Assembly (NCBI GenBank): GCA_045648585.1
Contig: JAZROI010000106.1
Span: 1-62,071 of the forward strand
DNA length: 62,071 bases
Direction of reading: 5' to 3'
DNA from: Acutalibacteraceae bacterium
Lineage (GTDB): Bacteria; Bacillota; Clostridia; Oscillospirales; Acutalibacteraceae
The notes beneath the pieces are model-generated. The model made no database searches. It was not told where the DNA came from and was given only the letters and a program-made list of their open reading frames with translations. Below, in pieces: positions 39,720-47,802 of the stretch. Within the stretch, counting starts at the first letter, position 1. Every line of letters starts with the position of its first letter. A program made the position numbers and the translations under genes.

Positions 39720-41099
39720 ATGATTCATCAGTACAAGCAAGGTGGCTACAATATCGTGCTTGACGTTTGCTCAGGTGCCGTTCACGTTGTGGATGAGGTA
39801 GCTTACGATATTATTGCTATGTTTGAGGATAAAGAAAAGGATGAAATATTAAGTGTTTTATCCGAGAAATATAACGACCGTGACGATATCACCGATAACG
39901 ATATTGAAGAGTGTTATTCTCAGGTGCAGGGCTTAAAGGATTCAGGGAAGCTTTTTGCTCCCGATACTTTTGAGTCTATGGCAGGTACACTTAAGCAGAA
40001 AACTGCAGGTGTAGTAAAGGCTTTGTGCTTACACGTTGCTCATACTTGTAACCTTAACTGTGCTTATTGCTTTGCAAGTCAGGGAAAATATAACGGTGAA
40101 AGAGACGTAATGAGTCTTGAGGTCGGTAAACGTGCTCTTGATTTCCTCGTTGAAAATTCAGGTAGCCGTCATAATCTCGAGGTTGACTTTTTCGGCGGAG
40201 AGCCTCTTATGAATTTTGACGTGGTTAAAGAACTTGTAGCGTATGCAAGAAGCATAGAAAAAGAGCATAATAAAAACTTCCGTTTCACGCTTACGACTAA
40301 CGGCGTGCTTGTTGACGACGATGTTATTGATTTTGCTAATAAAGAGTGTAGCAACGTTGTTCTCAGCCTTGACGGACGAAAAGAAATTCACGACCGCTAC
40401 CGTGTTGACTATGCGGGTAACGGCAGCTGGGAAAAAATCGTTCCTAAATTCCAGAAATTTGTTGAAGCAAGAAATGGTAAAAATTATTATATGCGAGGCA
40501 CCTTTACCCACGCAAACCCTGATTTCCTTAAAGATATTCAGCAAATGCTCGATTTAGGCTTTAGTGAGTTAAGTATGGAGCCTGTTGTTTGTGCACCGGG
40601 TGACCCCTCTGAGCTTACCGAAGAGGATTTAGCAATCGTAATGAAGCAATATGAGGATTTAGCCGATTTAATGCTTAAAAGAGATAAAGAGGGCAAACCC
40701 TTTACCTTCTATCACTATATGATTGACCTTACAGGCGGTCCTTGTATCTACAAACGAATTTCAGGCTGCGGTAGCGGTACTGAATATATGGCGGTTACAC
40801 CTTGGGGCGATTTATATCCTTGTCATCAGTTCGTAGGCGATGAAAAATTCAAATTAGGTAACGTTTGGGATGGTGTTACAAACCACGAAATTCAAAGTGA
40901 GTTTGCCGCTTGTAACGTTTATGCTCATCCCGAATGTAAAGATTGTTGGGCAAGACTTTATTGCTCAGGCGGTTGTGCGGCTAACGCTTACCACGCAACA
41001 GGCTCTGTTACGGGCGTTTATGAAAGCGGTTGCCGTCTTTTCCGTAAGCGTATGGAGTGTGCGATTATGGTTGCAATCGCAAGAGCACTCGGAGAATAA
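39720..41099 (+). CDS. scfB: SCIFF radical SAM/SPASM maturase
   Basis: MIHQYKQGGYNIVLD... Contains a CNLNCAYC (CxxxCxxC) cluster and a C-terminal SPASM Cys pattern (CGSG...C..C.ARLYCSGGC). The ATG at 39720 follows GAAGGAG. Confidence 0.9.
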   Translation: MIHQYKQGGYNIVLDVCSGAVHVVDEVAYDIIAMFEDKEKDEILSVLSEKYNDRDDITDNDIEECYSQVQGLKDSGKLFAPDTFESMAGTLKQKTAGVVKALCLHVAHTCNLNCAYCFASQGKYNGERDVMSLEVGKRALDFLVENSGSRHNLEVDFFGGEPLMNFDVVKELVAYARSIEKEHNKNFRFTLTTNGVLVDDDVIDFANKECSNVVLSLDGRKEIHDRYRVDYAGNGSWEKIVPKFQKFVEARNGKNYYMRGTFTHANPDFLKDIQQMLDLGFSELSMEPVVCAPGDPSELTEEDLAIVMKQYEDLADLMLKRDKEGKPFTFYHYMIDLTGGPCIYKRISGCGSGTEYMAVTPWGDLYPCHQFVGDEKFKLGNVWDGVTNHEIQSEFAACNVYAHPECKDCWARLYCSGGCAANAYHATGSVTGVYESGCRLFRKRMECAIMVAIARALGE

Positions 41100-41101
41100 T
41101 A

Positions 41102-42442
41102 ATGAATACTCCCATTTGTGATTTTGTACGCCAGTACAACGAAAATTCAGCCTTGCGAATGCATATGCCGGGGCATAAAGGCAAAAGCTTTCTCGGCTTT
41201 GAGAATCTTGATATAACAGAGTTTGACGGTGCGGATGATTTATATAACCCAACGGGTATAATAAAACAAAGTGAGGATAATGCATCAAAATTATTCGGCT
41301 TTCCAACATATTATTCTACCGAGGGTGCATCTCATTGCATTCGTGCTATGATGTACCTTGTGGCTTTAAATGCAAAGGAAAACGGTAAAAAGCCTATTAT
41401 TGCTGCAGGCAGAAATGCTCACAAAACCTTTGTAAGTGCGGTGTCACTTTTAGATTTCAGAATTGCGTGGTTATATCCCGATAATGATGAATCCTACCTT
41501 TCCTGCAATATTTCACCCGAGGCTTTCGAAAGCTTTCTTGAAAATGCTGAAGAAAAACCGGTGGCTTTATACCTTACAAGCCCCGATTATCTTGGTAATA
41601 TTGCAGATATTGAGGGACTTTCCCGAGTATGCCGTAAACACGGAGTTCTTTTAGCTGTAGATAATGCCCACGGAGCATATCTTAAGTTTTTAGAGGAATC
41701 CCGCCATCCAATAGATTCAGGTGCTCATTTGTGTTGTGACTCTGCTCATAAAACCTTACCCGTTGTTACGGGCGGAGCGTATATTCATATTTCAAATGAG
41801 CTTTCCGATTTTTATTGTGAGGATGTAAAAAATGCTTTGGCACTTTTCGGCTCAACGAGTCCGTCGTATTTGATTTTGCAGTCTTTGGATGCTTGTAATT
41901 CATATCTTGAAGGCTACAAAAAGAAATTAGCCAATTTTTTGCCTTTAGTTGCAGAAACAAAAGCAAGTCTTGAGAAAAAAGGATATCGCTTCTACGGTGA
42001 CGAACCTATGAAGCTTACTATATCAGCTAAAGCTTACGGCTATACGGGCACGGAGCTTGCCGATATTCTTAAGGGAAACAATATTTTTTGTGAATTTTTT
42101 GACCCCGATTATCTTGTGCTTATGCCTACACCTGAAACGGAAAAATCAGGGCTTGAAAGGGTAACGCAGGCGTTAGCAGCAATTCCGAAAAAAGCTGTAA
42201 AAAAAGATATTCCACCCAAATTCGCAAAGCCTGAAAAGGTTATGAGTGTGAGAGAAGCGTCTATGTCACCGTCAGAAATACTTCCCATAGAAGAATGTGA
42301 GGGGAGAATACTTTCTGCTGTTACTGTAGGCTGCCCACCGGCAGTACCGATTATAGTTTGCGGCGAAAGAATAACAAAAGAGGTTATAACCGCTTTTAAA
42401 TATTACGGAATTACCAATTGCAGTGTAGTTTTGGAAGGATAA
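41102..42442 (+). CDS. PLP-dependent Orn/Lys/Arg decarboxylase-family protein
   Basis: MNTPICDF... Contains the MHMPGHKG motif and a SAHKTLP Lys-PLP motif. Confidence 0.8.
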   Translation: MNTPICDFVRQYNENSALRMHMPGHKGKSFLGFENLDITEFDGADDLYNPTGIIKQSEDNASKLFGFPTYYSTEGASHCIRAMMYLVALNAKENGKKPIIAAGRNAHKTFVSAVSLLDFRIAWLYPDNDESYLSCNISPEAFESFLENAEEKPVALYLTSPDYLGNIADIEGLSRVCRKHGVLLAVDNAHGAYLKFLEESRHPIDSGAHLCCDSAHKTLPVVTGGAYIHISNELSDFYCEDVKNALALFGSTSPSYLILQSLDACNSYLEGYKKKLANFLPLVAETKASLEKKGYRFYGDEPMKLTISAKAYGYTGTELADILKGNNIFCEFFDPDYLVLMPTPETEKSGLERVTQALAAIPKKAVKKDIPPKFAKPEKVMSVREASMSPSEILPIEECEGRILSAVTVGCPPAVPIIVCGERITKEVITAFKYYGITNCSVVLEG

Positions 42443-42447
42443 AAAGA

Positions 42448-42483
42448 AAAAGCCGGAGCAATGAAAGTTGCTCCGGCTTTTTG
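42448..42483 (+). terminator. Intrinsic terminator
   Basis: Stem AAGCCGGAGCAA / TTGCTCCGGCTT followed by a T run. Confidence 0.85.
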
Positions 42484-42559
42484 TGAGGGAGTTCAAGTCT
42501 CGCTTAGAACTCAAACAGAACAAAAAAATAAAGAGCAGTCAAAAGACTACTCTTTATTT

Positions 42560-42635
42560 TGGTCCGAGTGGCGAGACTTGAACTCACGGCCTCTTGACCC
42601 CCAGTCAAGCGCGCTACCAACTGCGCCACACCCGG
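42560..42635 (-). tRNA. tRNA-Pro (anticodon GGG), CCA encoded
   Basis: 76-nt cloverleaf built by hand. Acceptor CCGGGTG/CACTCGG, anticodon loop CTGGGGG, T-arm GTGAG-TTCAAGT-CTCGC, discriminator A, then CCA. Confidence 0.9.
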
Positions 42636-42696
42636 ATAGCGAATGATATAATATCATATCATTTTGCATTTTGCAAGTGTTTTTTTGATTTTTTTA

Positions 42697-42852
42697 TTAT
42701 TTTTTTATGTTTTTGTTAGAAAAAGTAAGAATTTCGCATTCGGAGGAGTTTATATACATATCTTCACACTTGTTTTGTGCCTCAATTAAAATATTTATTG
42801 CCTTTTCTGTTGCTCGAAATAACTCATAATACATTTCTTCAAAATCTGCCAT
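42697..42852 (-). CDS. Small hypothetical protein (51 aa), divergent from an XRE regulator
   Basis: The ATG at 42852 is preceded by GGTGA. Translation is MADFEEMYYELFRATEKAINILIEAQNKCEDMYINSSECEILTFSNKNIKK, predicted helical. Confidence 0.45.
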   Translation of the reverse strand: MADFEEMYYELFRATEKAINILIEAQNKCEDMYINSSECEILTFSNKNIKK

Positions 42853-42873
42853 ATCTATCACCAAACATATTTT

Positions 42874-42913
42874 AGGACAAATAGTCCAAAAAGTCAATAG
42901 GACGATTTGTCCT
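42874..42913. promoter_or_regulatory. Two copies of the palindromic operator AGGAC-N5-GTCC(T)
   Basis: AGGACAAATAGTCCA at 42874-42888 and AGGACGATTTGTCCT at 42899-42913, centres 25 bp apart, between divergent genes. Confidence 0.55.
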
Positions 42914-42939
42914 CGGGTATATTAGTATTGGTGATATAA

Positions 42940-43134
42940 ATGAAGCTTAGAATAAAAGATTTAAGAGAAGATAATGACCTTACTCAAAAGCAGGTTGCGG
43001 CAGTTCTTATGTGCGACCAATCGTTGTATTCAAAATACGAACGTGGTGAGAGAGTGTTGCCTCTTGAGTATGCAGTAAAGCTTGCCGAGTTTTACGGTAA
43101 AAGTGTAGATTATATAGTTGGCTTAACAGACTGA
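42940..43134 (+). CDS. XRE-family HTH transcriptional regulator (64 aa)
   Basis: LREDNDLTQKQVAAVLMCDQSLYSKYERGERVLP Cro/CI-type HTH. Confidence 0.85.
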   Translation: MKLRIKDLREDNDLTQKQVAAVLMCDQSLYSKYERGERVLPLEYAVKLAEFYGKSVDYIVGLTD

Positions 43135-43158
43135 TAACGAAAGTTGTCAGTCTTTTTC
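43128..43158 (+). terminator. Intrinsic terminator overlapping the XRE stop codon
   Basis: 11-bp stem AGACTGATAAC / GTTGTCAGTCT, GAAA loop, T5 run. Confidence 0.8.
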
Positions 43159-43214
43159 TTTTGTAAAAATAATTTTTATAAATACCGAATAGAATGTAAA
43201 AAGGAAGTGATATT

Positions 43215-44243
43215 TTGTTTTTACATTCTTTATCATCTTTATCACCGCTTTCGGTTACTACGGTGCTTCTGACCTTGGCGGTTGTTTTTGTCAACGGCTT
43301 AACTGATGCGCCCAACGCCATTTCAACTGTTGTTGTAACAAGGTGTATGAAGCTACGGTCGGCTCTTATTATGTCGGCGTTTTTTAATTTTTTCGGTGTT
43401 ACTCTTATGAGTAAAATAAACGACTCGGTAACCGTTACGATAAGTAATATAGTTGATTTCGGCGGTGATACAAAAAAGGCGTCTGTCGCCCTTGCCGCCG
43501 CATTGTTTTCAATCGTTTTATGGGCAGTTTTAGCTTGGTATTTCGGCATACCAACGAGCGAAAGCCACGCCTTGATAGCAGGGCTTACGGGAAGTGCGGT
43601 TGCTATAAACGGGGGCTTTGAGGCAATTAATTCGGCTGAATGGATAAAAACCGTAAAGGGGCTTTTCGTTTCTTGCTTTTTCGGGTTTGTTGCAGGCTTT
43701 TTGATATGCAAAATTATAGTTACAATTTTCAGGAATGTAAAAAGAAGTAGCGGCGAAAAAATTTTCAAATACGGTCAGATTTTAGGGGCAGCTTCTATGA
43801 GCTTTATGCACGGTGCTCAGGATGGGCAAAAGTTTATAGCAGTGCTTATGATGAGTGTGAATTTTTCAGGGATAAAAGCAGAAGAAAAACCCCATGAATT
43901 TATAATATTACTTTGCTCGGTTATAATGGCTCTCGGCACACTTACGGGCGGTAAAAAAATTATAAAATCCGTAGGAATGGATATGGTGAAGCTTCAAAAA
44001 TATCAAGGCTTTTCTGCTGATACAGCTTCTTCAATTTCACTTCTTTTAAGCACCATTTTCGGCTTTCCTGTTTCAACCACTCACGCAAAAACAACCGCAA
44101 TGATGGGAGCGGGGGCGGCAAAAAGCTTGAAATCGCTTGACGTGAACACAATAAAAGAAATTGCATTAACCTGGATTTTAACGTTTCCGGGGTGTAGTTT
44201 ACTTGGATTTTTTGTGACGAAAGTTTTTTTGAAGATGTTTTGA
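43215..44243 (+). CDS. PiT-family inorganic phosphate transporter
   Basis: 342 aa. Contains the NGLTDAPNAI motif and the second-half repeat HGAQDGQK. TTG start lies 7 nt after GGAAG. Confidence 0.85.
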   Translation: MFLHSLSSLSPLSVTTVLLTLAVVFVNGLTDAPNAISTVVVTRCMKLRSALIMSAFFNFFGVTLMSKINDSVTVTISNIVDFGGDTKKASVALAAALFSIVLWAVLAWYFGIPTSESHALIAGLTGSAVAINGGFEAINSAEWIKTVKGLFVSCFFGFVAGFLICKIIVTIFRNVKRSSGEKIFKYGQILGAASMSFMHGAQDGQKFIAVLMMSVNFSGIKAEEKPHEFIILLCSVIMALGTLTGGKKIIKSVGMDMVKLQKYQGFSADTASSISLLLSTIFGFPVSTTHAKTTAMMGAGAAKSLKSLDVNTIKEIALTWILTFPGCSLLGFFVTKVFLKMF

Positions 44244-44349
44244 ATTTCGATATGTTAAAAATCAGCGATAGCATTTTCATCCCTATTGGGCAGAGTCCAA
44301 CAGGGAGGCAAGGCTATCGCAATAACTTAACTTATGTATATAACCAATA

Positions 44350-44390
44350 GGTCTGCGACGCTTATAATGCTTCGCAGACCCTTTACTTTT
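44350..44390 (+). terminator. Hairpin GGTCTGCGACGC / GCTTCGCAGACC plus T-rich tail. It is a member of a hairpin family repeated at 61837-61920.
   Basis: 12-bp stem with 1 mismatch, loop TTATAAT, tail CTTTACTTTTT. Lies downstream of the PiT gene. Confidence 0.55.
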
Positions 44391-44418
44391 TCACTATTCA
44401 CTTTTCACTCTTCACTGC
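44391..44418. repeat. Degenerate heptanucleotide tandem tract (TCACTNN x4; AGTGAAN on the minus strand)
   Basis: TCACTAT TCACTTT TCACTCT TCACTGC. It lies immediately 3' of the GH38 stop on the minus strand. AGTGAAGAGTGAAAA recurs at 61266-61280. Confidence 0.8.
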
Positions 44419-44431
44419 GAACGAAGTAAGC

Positions 44432-47400
44432 TTAATAATTCTTTCCCCAATTTTTGCGCTCATAGAACTTTTTATCGTGAAGATTTTTCTTTTTTCTTCT
44501 CTCCTTGTACCAACGTTTTTCCTGCTTTGTCATTTTGAAAGTGAATTTTCTTTCGGGTACCTTTTCGCAAAGGGGAGAAACTGATTTTGCAGCTACCTCG
44601 TTAAGATTCGAAGCACTTATAATTACGATGTTTTTGTCTTTAGGAAGAACGATTTCTTTTTCACCGTTTAAATCAAAGCTTACCTCAAAGAAATACATAA
44701 TTTTTGCGGTAACGTCTTCCCAATCCTTGTGGCAATGGGTAATTTCAAGGGCAACCTTGCAGTCCTTGATTTTTGCAACCTCTTTGAAATCATACATATC
44801 CCATTTTGCAGGTCTTTCGAAAATATCGTGAATTGTTTTTTCGATTTCTTTACCGTCAATATTAAATTTAACTGTTTTGTCACCGTCAAGAGATGCGCAA
44901 AGAAGTGAAAGCTTTTTCGCATTTTCAGGTAAAGCTATTTTCTGACCTTGTGCTACAAGTGCATTGCTTTCGCGATCCTTGTTGATAACGTAATCAACGC
45001 CTGCAAAGGTGAATTTATCGGGAGTTATTTCATAAGGCAAGGTGTATGTAAAGCTACCTAACTCGCCTTGCTTTGTGATTATGTTTTTATTAAAGGGGAG
45101 CTCTACGGGATTTGAAATGGCTTTTTTTGTAGCAGCTTCAAAGGCTTTAAGCTTTAATGCAAATGATTTTATTTCGTAAGGCTTAAAGCTTGTTACAAGC
45201 TTTCCGTTTTCAACGGTTGCTTCACCTAAATATTCTTCGCTTGCATATACTTCTCTTGCACTTTCAATTCCGTTACCGAGAGTTAAAGTAAAGCTGTCAA
45301 TATTTTTCTTTGTACCCTCACCAAGACGTACAATGATTTCATCACTTTCTTCAGCCTTTTTAATTGCACGGATAATAACGGAATTATCTGAAATTGAGCC
45401 GAAGGAATATTCGTTACCTAAAATGCCATCGTGCTTTTCGCAAACGAAAGCCGCCATAGGCTGAACAAAGAGCCTTGCCTGAAGCTGAGTTTCTTTATCC
45501 AATTTTCCGTTGTGACTGTAAATTGCAAAGGAATGTCTGTTAAGACCTAAATCCATCATTGATTGCATTGAGTCAATGCGGTAGTTGTGCATAGGTGTAT
45601 GAACAACAGTTAAGCGAAGAGTGTTATTGTCGAATTTATCCCAGCCATATTTACATTCACTGAACACAGAAACACCGAAATCACCGCTTGCATCAGTAAT
45701 ATCTGCCCATTTCTGAGCAGGTACCTCGTAAAGCTGTTCGGTCATATTGCCTCTTTTGATAGCACCTAAGCCTAAATCGTAGGTAGCGTTTTCGTTATCC
45801 GCAGTAAATGAGAAGCAATTTTTAGCCATTGTGCGAAGTGATTGCCACTCAATTTCAGAATAAAATTCAACTGCTTCACCTCCACAGGAGAGAGCGATTA
45901 TTGTATTGAATTCGCTTCTGCCGTCTTTTTGTGTAACCTTAATGGCAACTCTTGCAGGGCCGTTTTCAATTATCTCTGATTTTACAAGAGTGGGGGCTCT
46001 GTCAGGGGCTTTTGCAGCCTCCTTGTAATTCATTTCCCAAGCGGGCCATTCCTCAGAGCCCGTGTAGTCGAAAAGACCTGTAACAACAGGTGCTTTAAGA
46101 AGCTCTCTGTTGCTTCCCGATTTATCAATAATAGAGCAAACGTCACCGTTAGAATTAAGCGTAACGGTATATTTCCCGTTTTCGAGAGTGTTATCTGTAA
46201 CAGCGATTTCAGATGTAACCTCGCAAGGAGTATTGCTTTCTCTAACATCGTAAACCTTTGTGCCGAGACTTTTAACATCAGCAACAAAAATAATCTCTGT
46301 TTTTCCGTCCGCCGATTTTTTGCATTGGCTTGCTACCTCTGCTTCACCGTCAAATACCTTAACATATTTTGATGAAACGTTATCAAGAACAGCAGTAACA
46401 ACGCCTTTTCTTTGAACTTCAACGGGGTTGAAAACTGTAATGGGTGTGCCCTTGCAGGAATCTGTTTTCAAAAGCTTAACTATAGCCGAAGCTGATGCTT
46501 CAAGCTCGCTTTCAAACTGATTCATTGAAACGTAAAGATCATTCCAAGAACGTTTATAAACACGTTGGCAGGAGGTACCCGGCATATCGTCGTGGAAATG
46601 GTGAGCAATAACTCTTTTCCATGAGCGTGTAAGGCTTTCGCGGTTGTAGTCTGCAGTGCCGAAATAATCAGCTATAACAGAACTTCTTTCCGTCATATCG
46701 GCAAGCTCTTCTGCACGTCTGTTCCAACGCTTGCTCATAACTCTTGAGGTATAACCACCGATAGCGTGTTCACTCATTACAAGCTCATTTTCCCATACGG
46801 GAAGCTTGTTTTTCTGCTCGTCTGTAAGCTCGTTTTCAATATCTCGGTAAACCTTGTCGGCAGGTGAAGCGATAACCTCTATATCACTTGTAGCATTTTT
46901 GTTTACTTCTTCGTCAACAAATGCTATTGATTTTTCTTTAGGTGCACCGCCTCGGTCACCTGTACCGTGGAAAACAGTTGTCCATGGGAGGTCGTAGGCT
47001 TCATTTTCTTTGAACTTTTCTTCTATAAAATCCCAACCGCGAAGCTTATCAAGAGATTTTGCGTAAGAGCCTAACTTTAAGGTTGAGTAAACCTCTTTGC
47101 CGTCAACGCCTCGCCATCTTCCTATATCAAAGGGAGTGCCGAAAGCACCGCCCCAGCTTAATTTCTGAGTTGTAAAGCCCTTTAAATTTGCATGGTGCAT
47201 AACAGAGGGTAAAGCCCAACCGAAGCCGAAGCAGTCAGGCAGATAAATATCGCAAGAGGTCTTGCCGAATTTGTTACGGAAATATGAGTTACCGATAAGA
47301 ATATTTCTGAAAAGTGCTTCGGGTGACGGTACGTTAACGTCACCGTTTTCAAAAGCAGAGCCACAAACGTTCCAACGGCCCTCGTTTACGTATTCAGTCA

Positions 47401-47611
47401 TCTTTTTGAAAAGCTGGGGGTAATACTCTTCCATAAGCTCATATCTGTATGAGCCTTCAAATGAAAAAGTATAATTCGGGTACTTTTCAAACATTCTGAA
47501 ATTGTCAACTAAAGTATCGTAAATATATTTATCAATACTTTCCTCTAAATCCCAACTCCACACGGTATCAAGGTGTGAGGTTGCAATTGTATAAATTCTT
47601 TTCTTTTCCAT
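44432..47611 (-). CDS. Glycoside hydrolase family 38 alpha-mannosidase
   Basis: 1059 aa. N-terminal IATSHLDTVWSW, then ...FHDDMPGTS... and the overall GH38 domain order. Confidence 0.85.
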   Translation of the reverse strand: MEKKRIYTIATSHLDTVWSWDLEESIDKYIYDTLVDNFRMFEKYPNYTFSFEGSYRYELMEEYYPQLFKKMTEYVNEGRWNVCGSAFENGDVNVPSPEALFRNILIGNSYFRNKFGKTSCDIYLPDCFGFGWALPSVMHHANLKGFTTQKLSWGGAFGTPFDIGRWRGVDGKEVYSTLKLGSYAKSLDKLRGWDFIEEKFKENEAYDLPWTTVFHGTGDRGGAPKEKSIAFVDEEVNKNATSDIEVIASPADKVYRDIENELTDEQKNKLPVWENELVMSEHAIGGYTSRVMSKRWNRRAEELADMTERSSVIADYFGTADYNRESLTRSWKRVIAHHFHDDMPGTSCQRVYKRSWNDLYVSMNQFESELEASASAIVKLLKTDSCKGTPITVFNPVEVQRKGVVTAVLDNVSSKYVKVFDGEAEVASQCKKSADGKTEIIFVADVKSLGTKVYDVRESNTPCEVTSEIAVTDNTLENGKYTVTLNSNGDVCSIIDKSGSNRELLKAPVVTGLFDYTGSEEWPAWEMNYKEAAKAPDRAPTLVKSEIIENGPARVAIKVTQKDGRSEFNTIIALSCGGEAVEFYSEIEWQSLRTMAKNCFSFTADNENATYDLGLGAIKRGNMTEQLYEVPAQKWADITDASGDFGVSVFSECKYGWDKFDNNTLRLTVVHTPMHNYRIDSMQSMMDLGLNRHSFAIYSHNGKLDKETQLQARLFVQPMAAFVCEKHDGILGNEYSFGSISDNSVIIRAIKKAEESDEIIVRLGEGTKKNIDSFTLTLGNGIESAREVYASEEYLGEATVENGKLVTSFKPYEIKSFALKLKAFEAATKKAISNPVELPFNKNIITKQGELGSFTYTLPYEITPDKFTFAGVDYVINKDRESNALVAQGQKIALPENAKKLSLLCASLDGDKTVKFNIDGKEIEKTIHDIFERPAKWDMYDFKEVAKIKDCKVALEITHCHKDWEDVTAKIMYFFEVSFDLNGEKEIVLPKDKNIVIISASNLNEVAAKSVSPLCEKVPERKFTFKMTKQEKRWYKERRKKKNLHDKKFYERKNWGKNY

Positions 47612-47640
47612 AAAAACACCTCTCGGGAGAATATAAGGAA

Positions 47641-47669
47641 ATTATATAATAACTATATGGTGTTTTCAA
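47641..47669 (-). promoter_or_regulatory. Promoter of the GH38 gene
   Basis: On the minus strand: TTGAAA, 17-nt spacer, TATAAT. Confidence 0.5.
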
Positions 47670-47802
47670 GAGTTTTATATGTGAAATATCCCCAAATAAA
47701 TGGGGAGATTTTTGTTATTAAATGCAGTAAAAATTTGTTGAAATATGGTTTTAAAATATTATAATGATAATTGTAATATAATGCGAAAGGTTGGTTTCGT
47801 TT

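Noticed and set aside
39467-39763. 98-aa track ORF spanning the SCIFF region
   Set aside because: It is out of frame with the well-signalled 50-codon SCIFF gene and runs through the intercistronic terminator and the maturase RBS. It has a GTG start with no SD and a basic low-complexity translation, so it is an artefact.
43007-43768. 253-aa minus-strand ORF
   Set aside because: It is antisense to the XRE gene, its terminator and the PiT transporter. It has no RBS, and PiT on the plus strand has clear family motifs.
47689-47715. Hairpin TCCCCA-AATAAA-TGGGGA plus T run between divergent promoters
   Set aside because: It has only a 6-bp stem, no upstream gene or promoter on the plus strand to terminate, and may be fortuitous.
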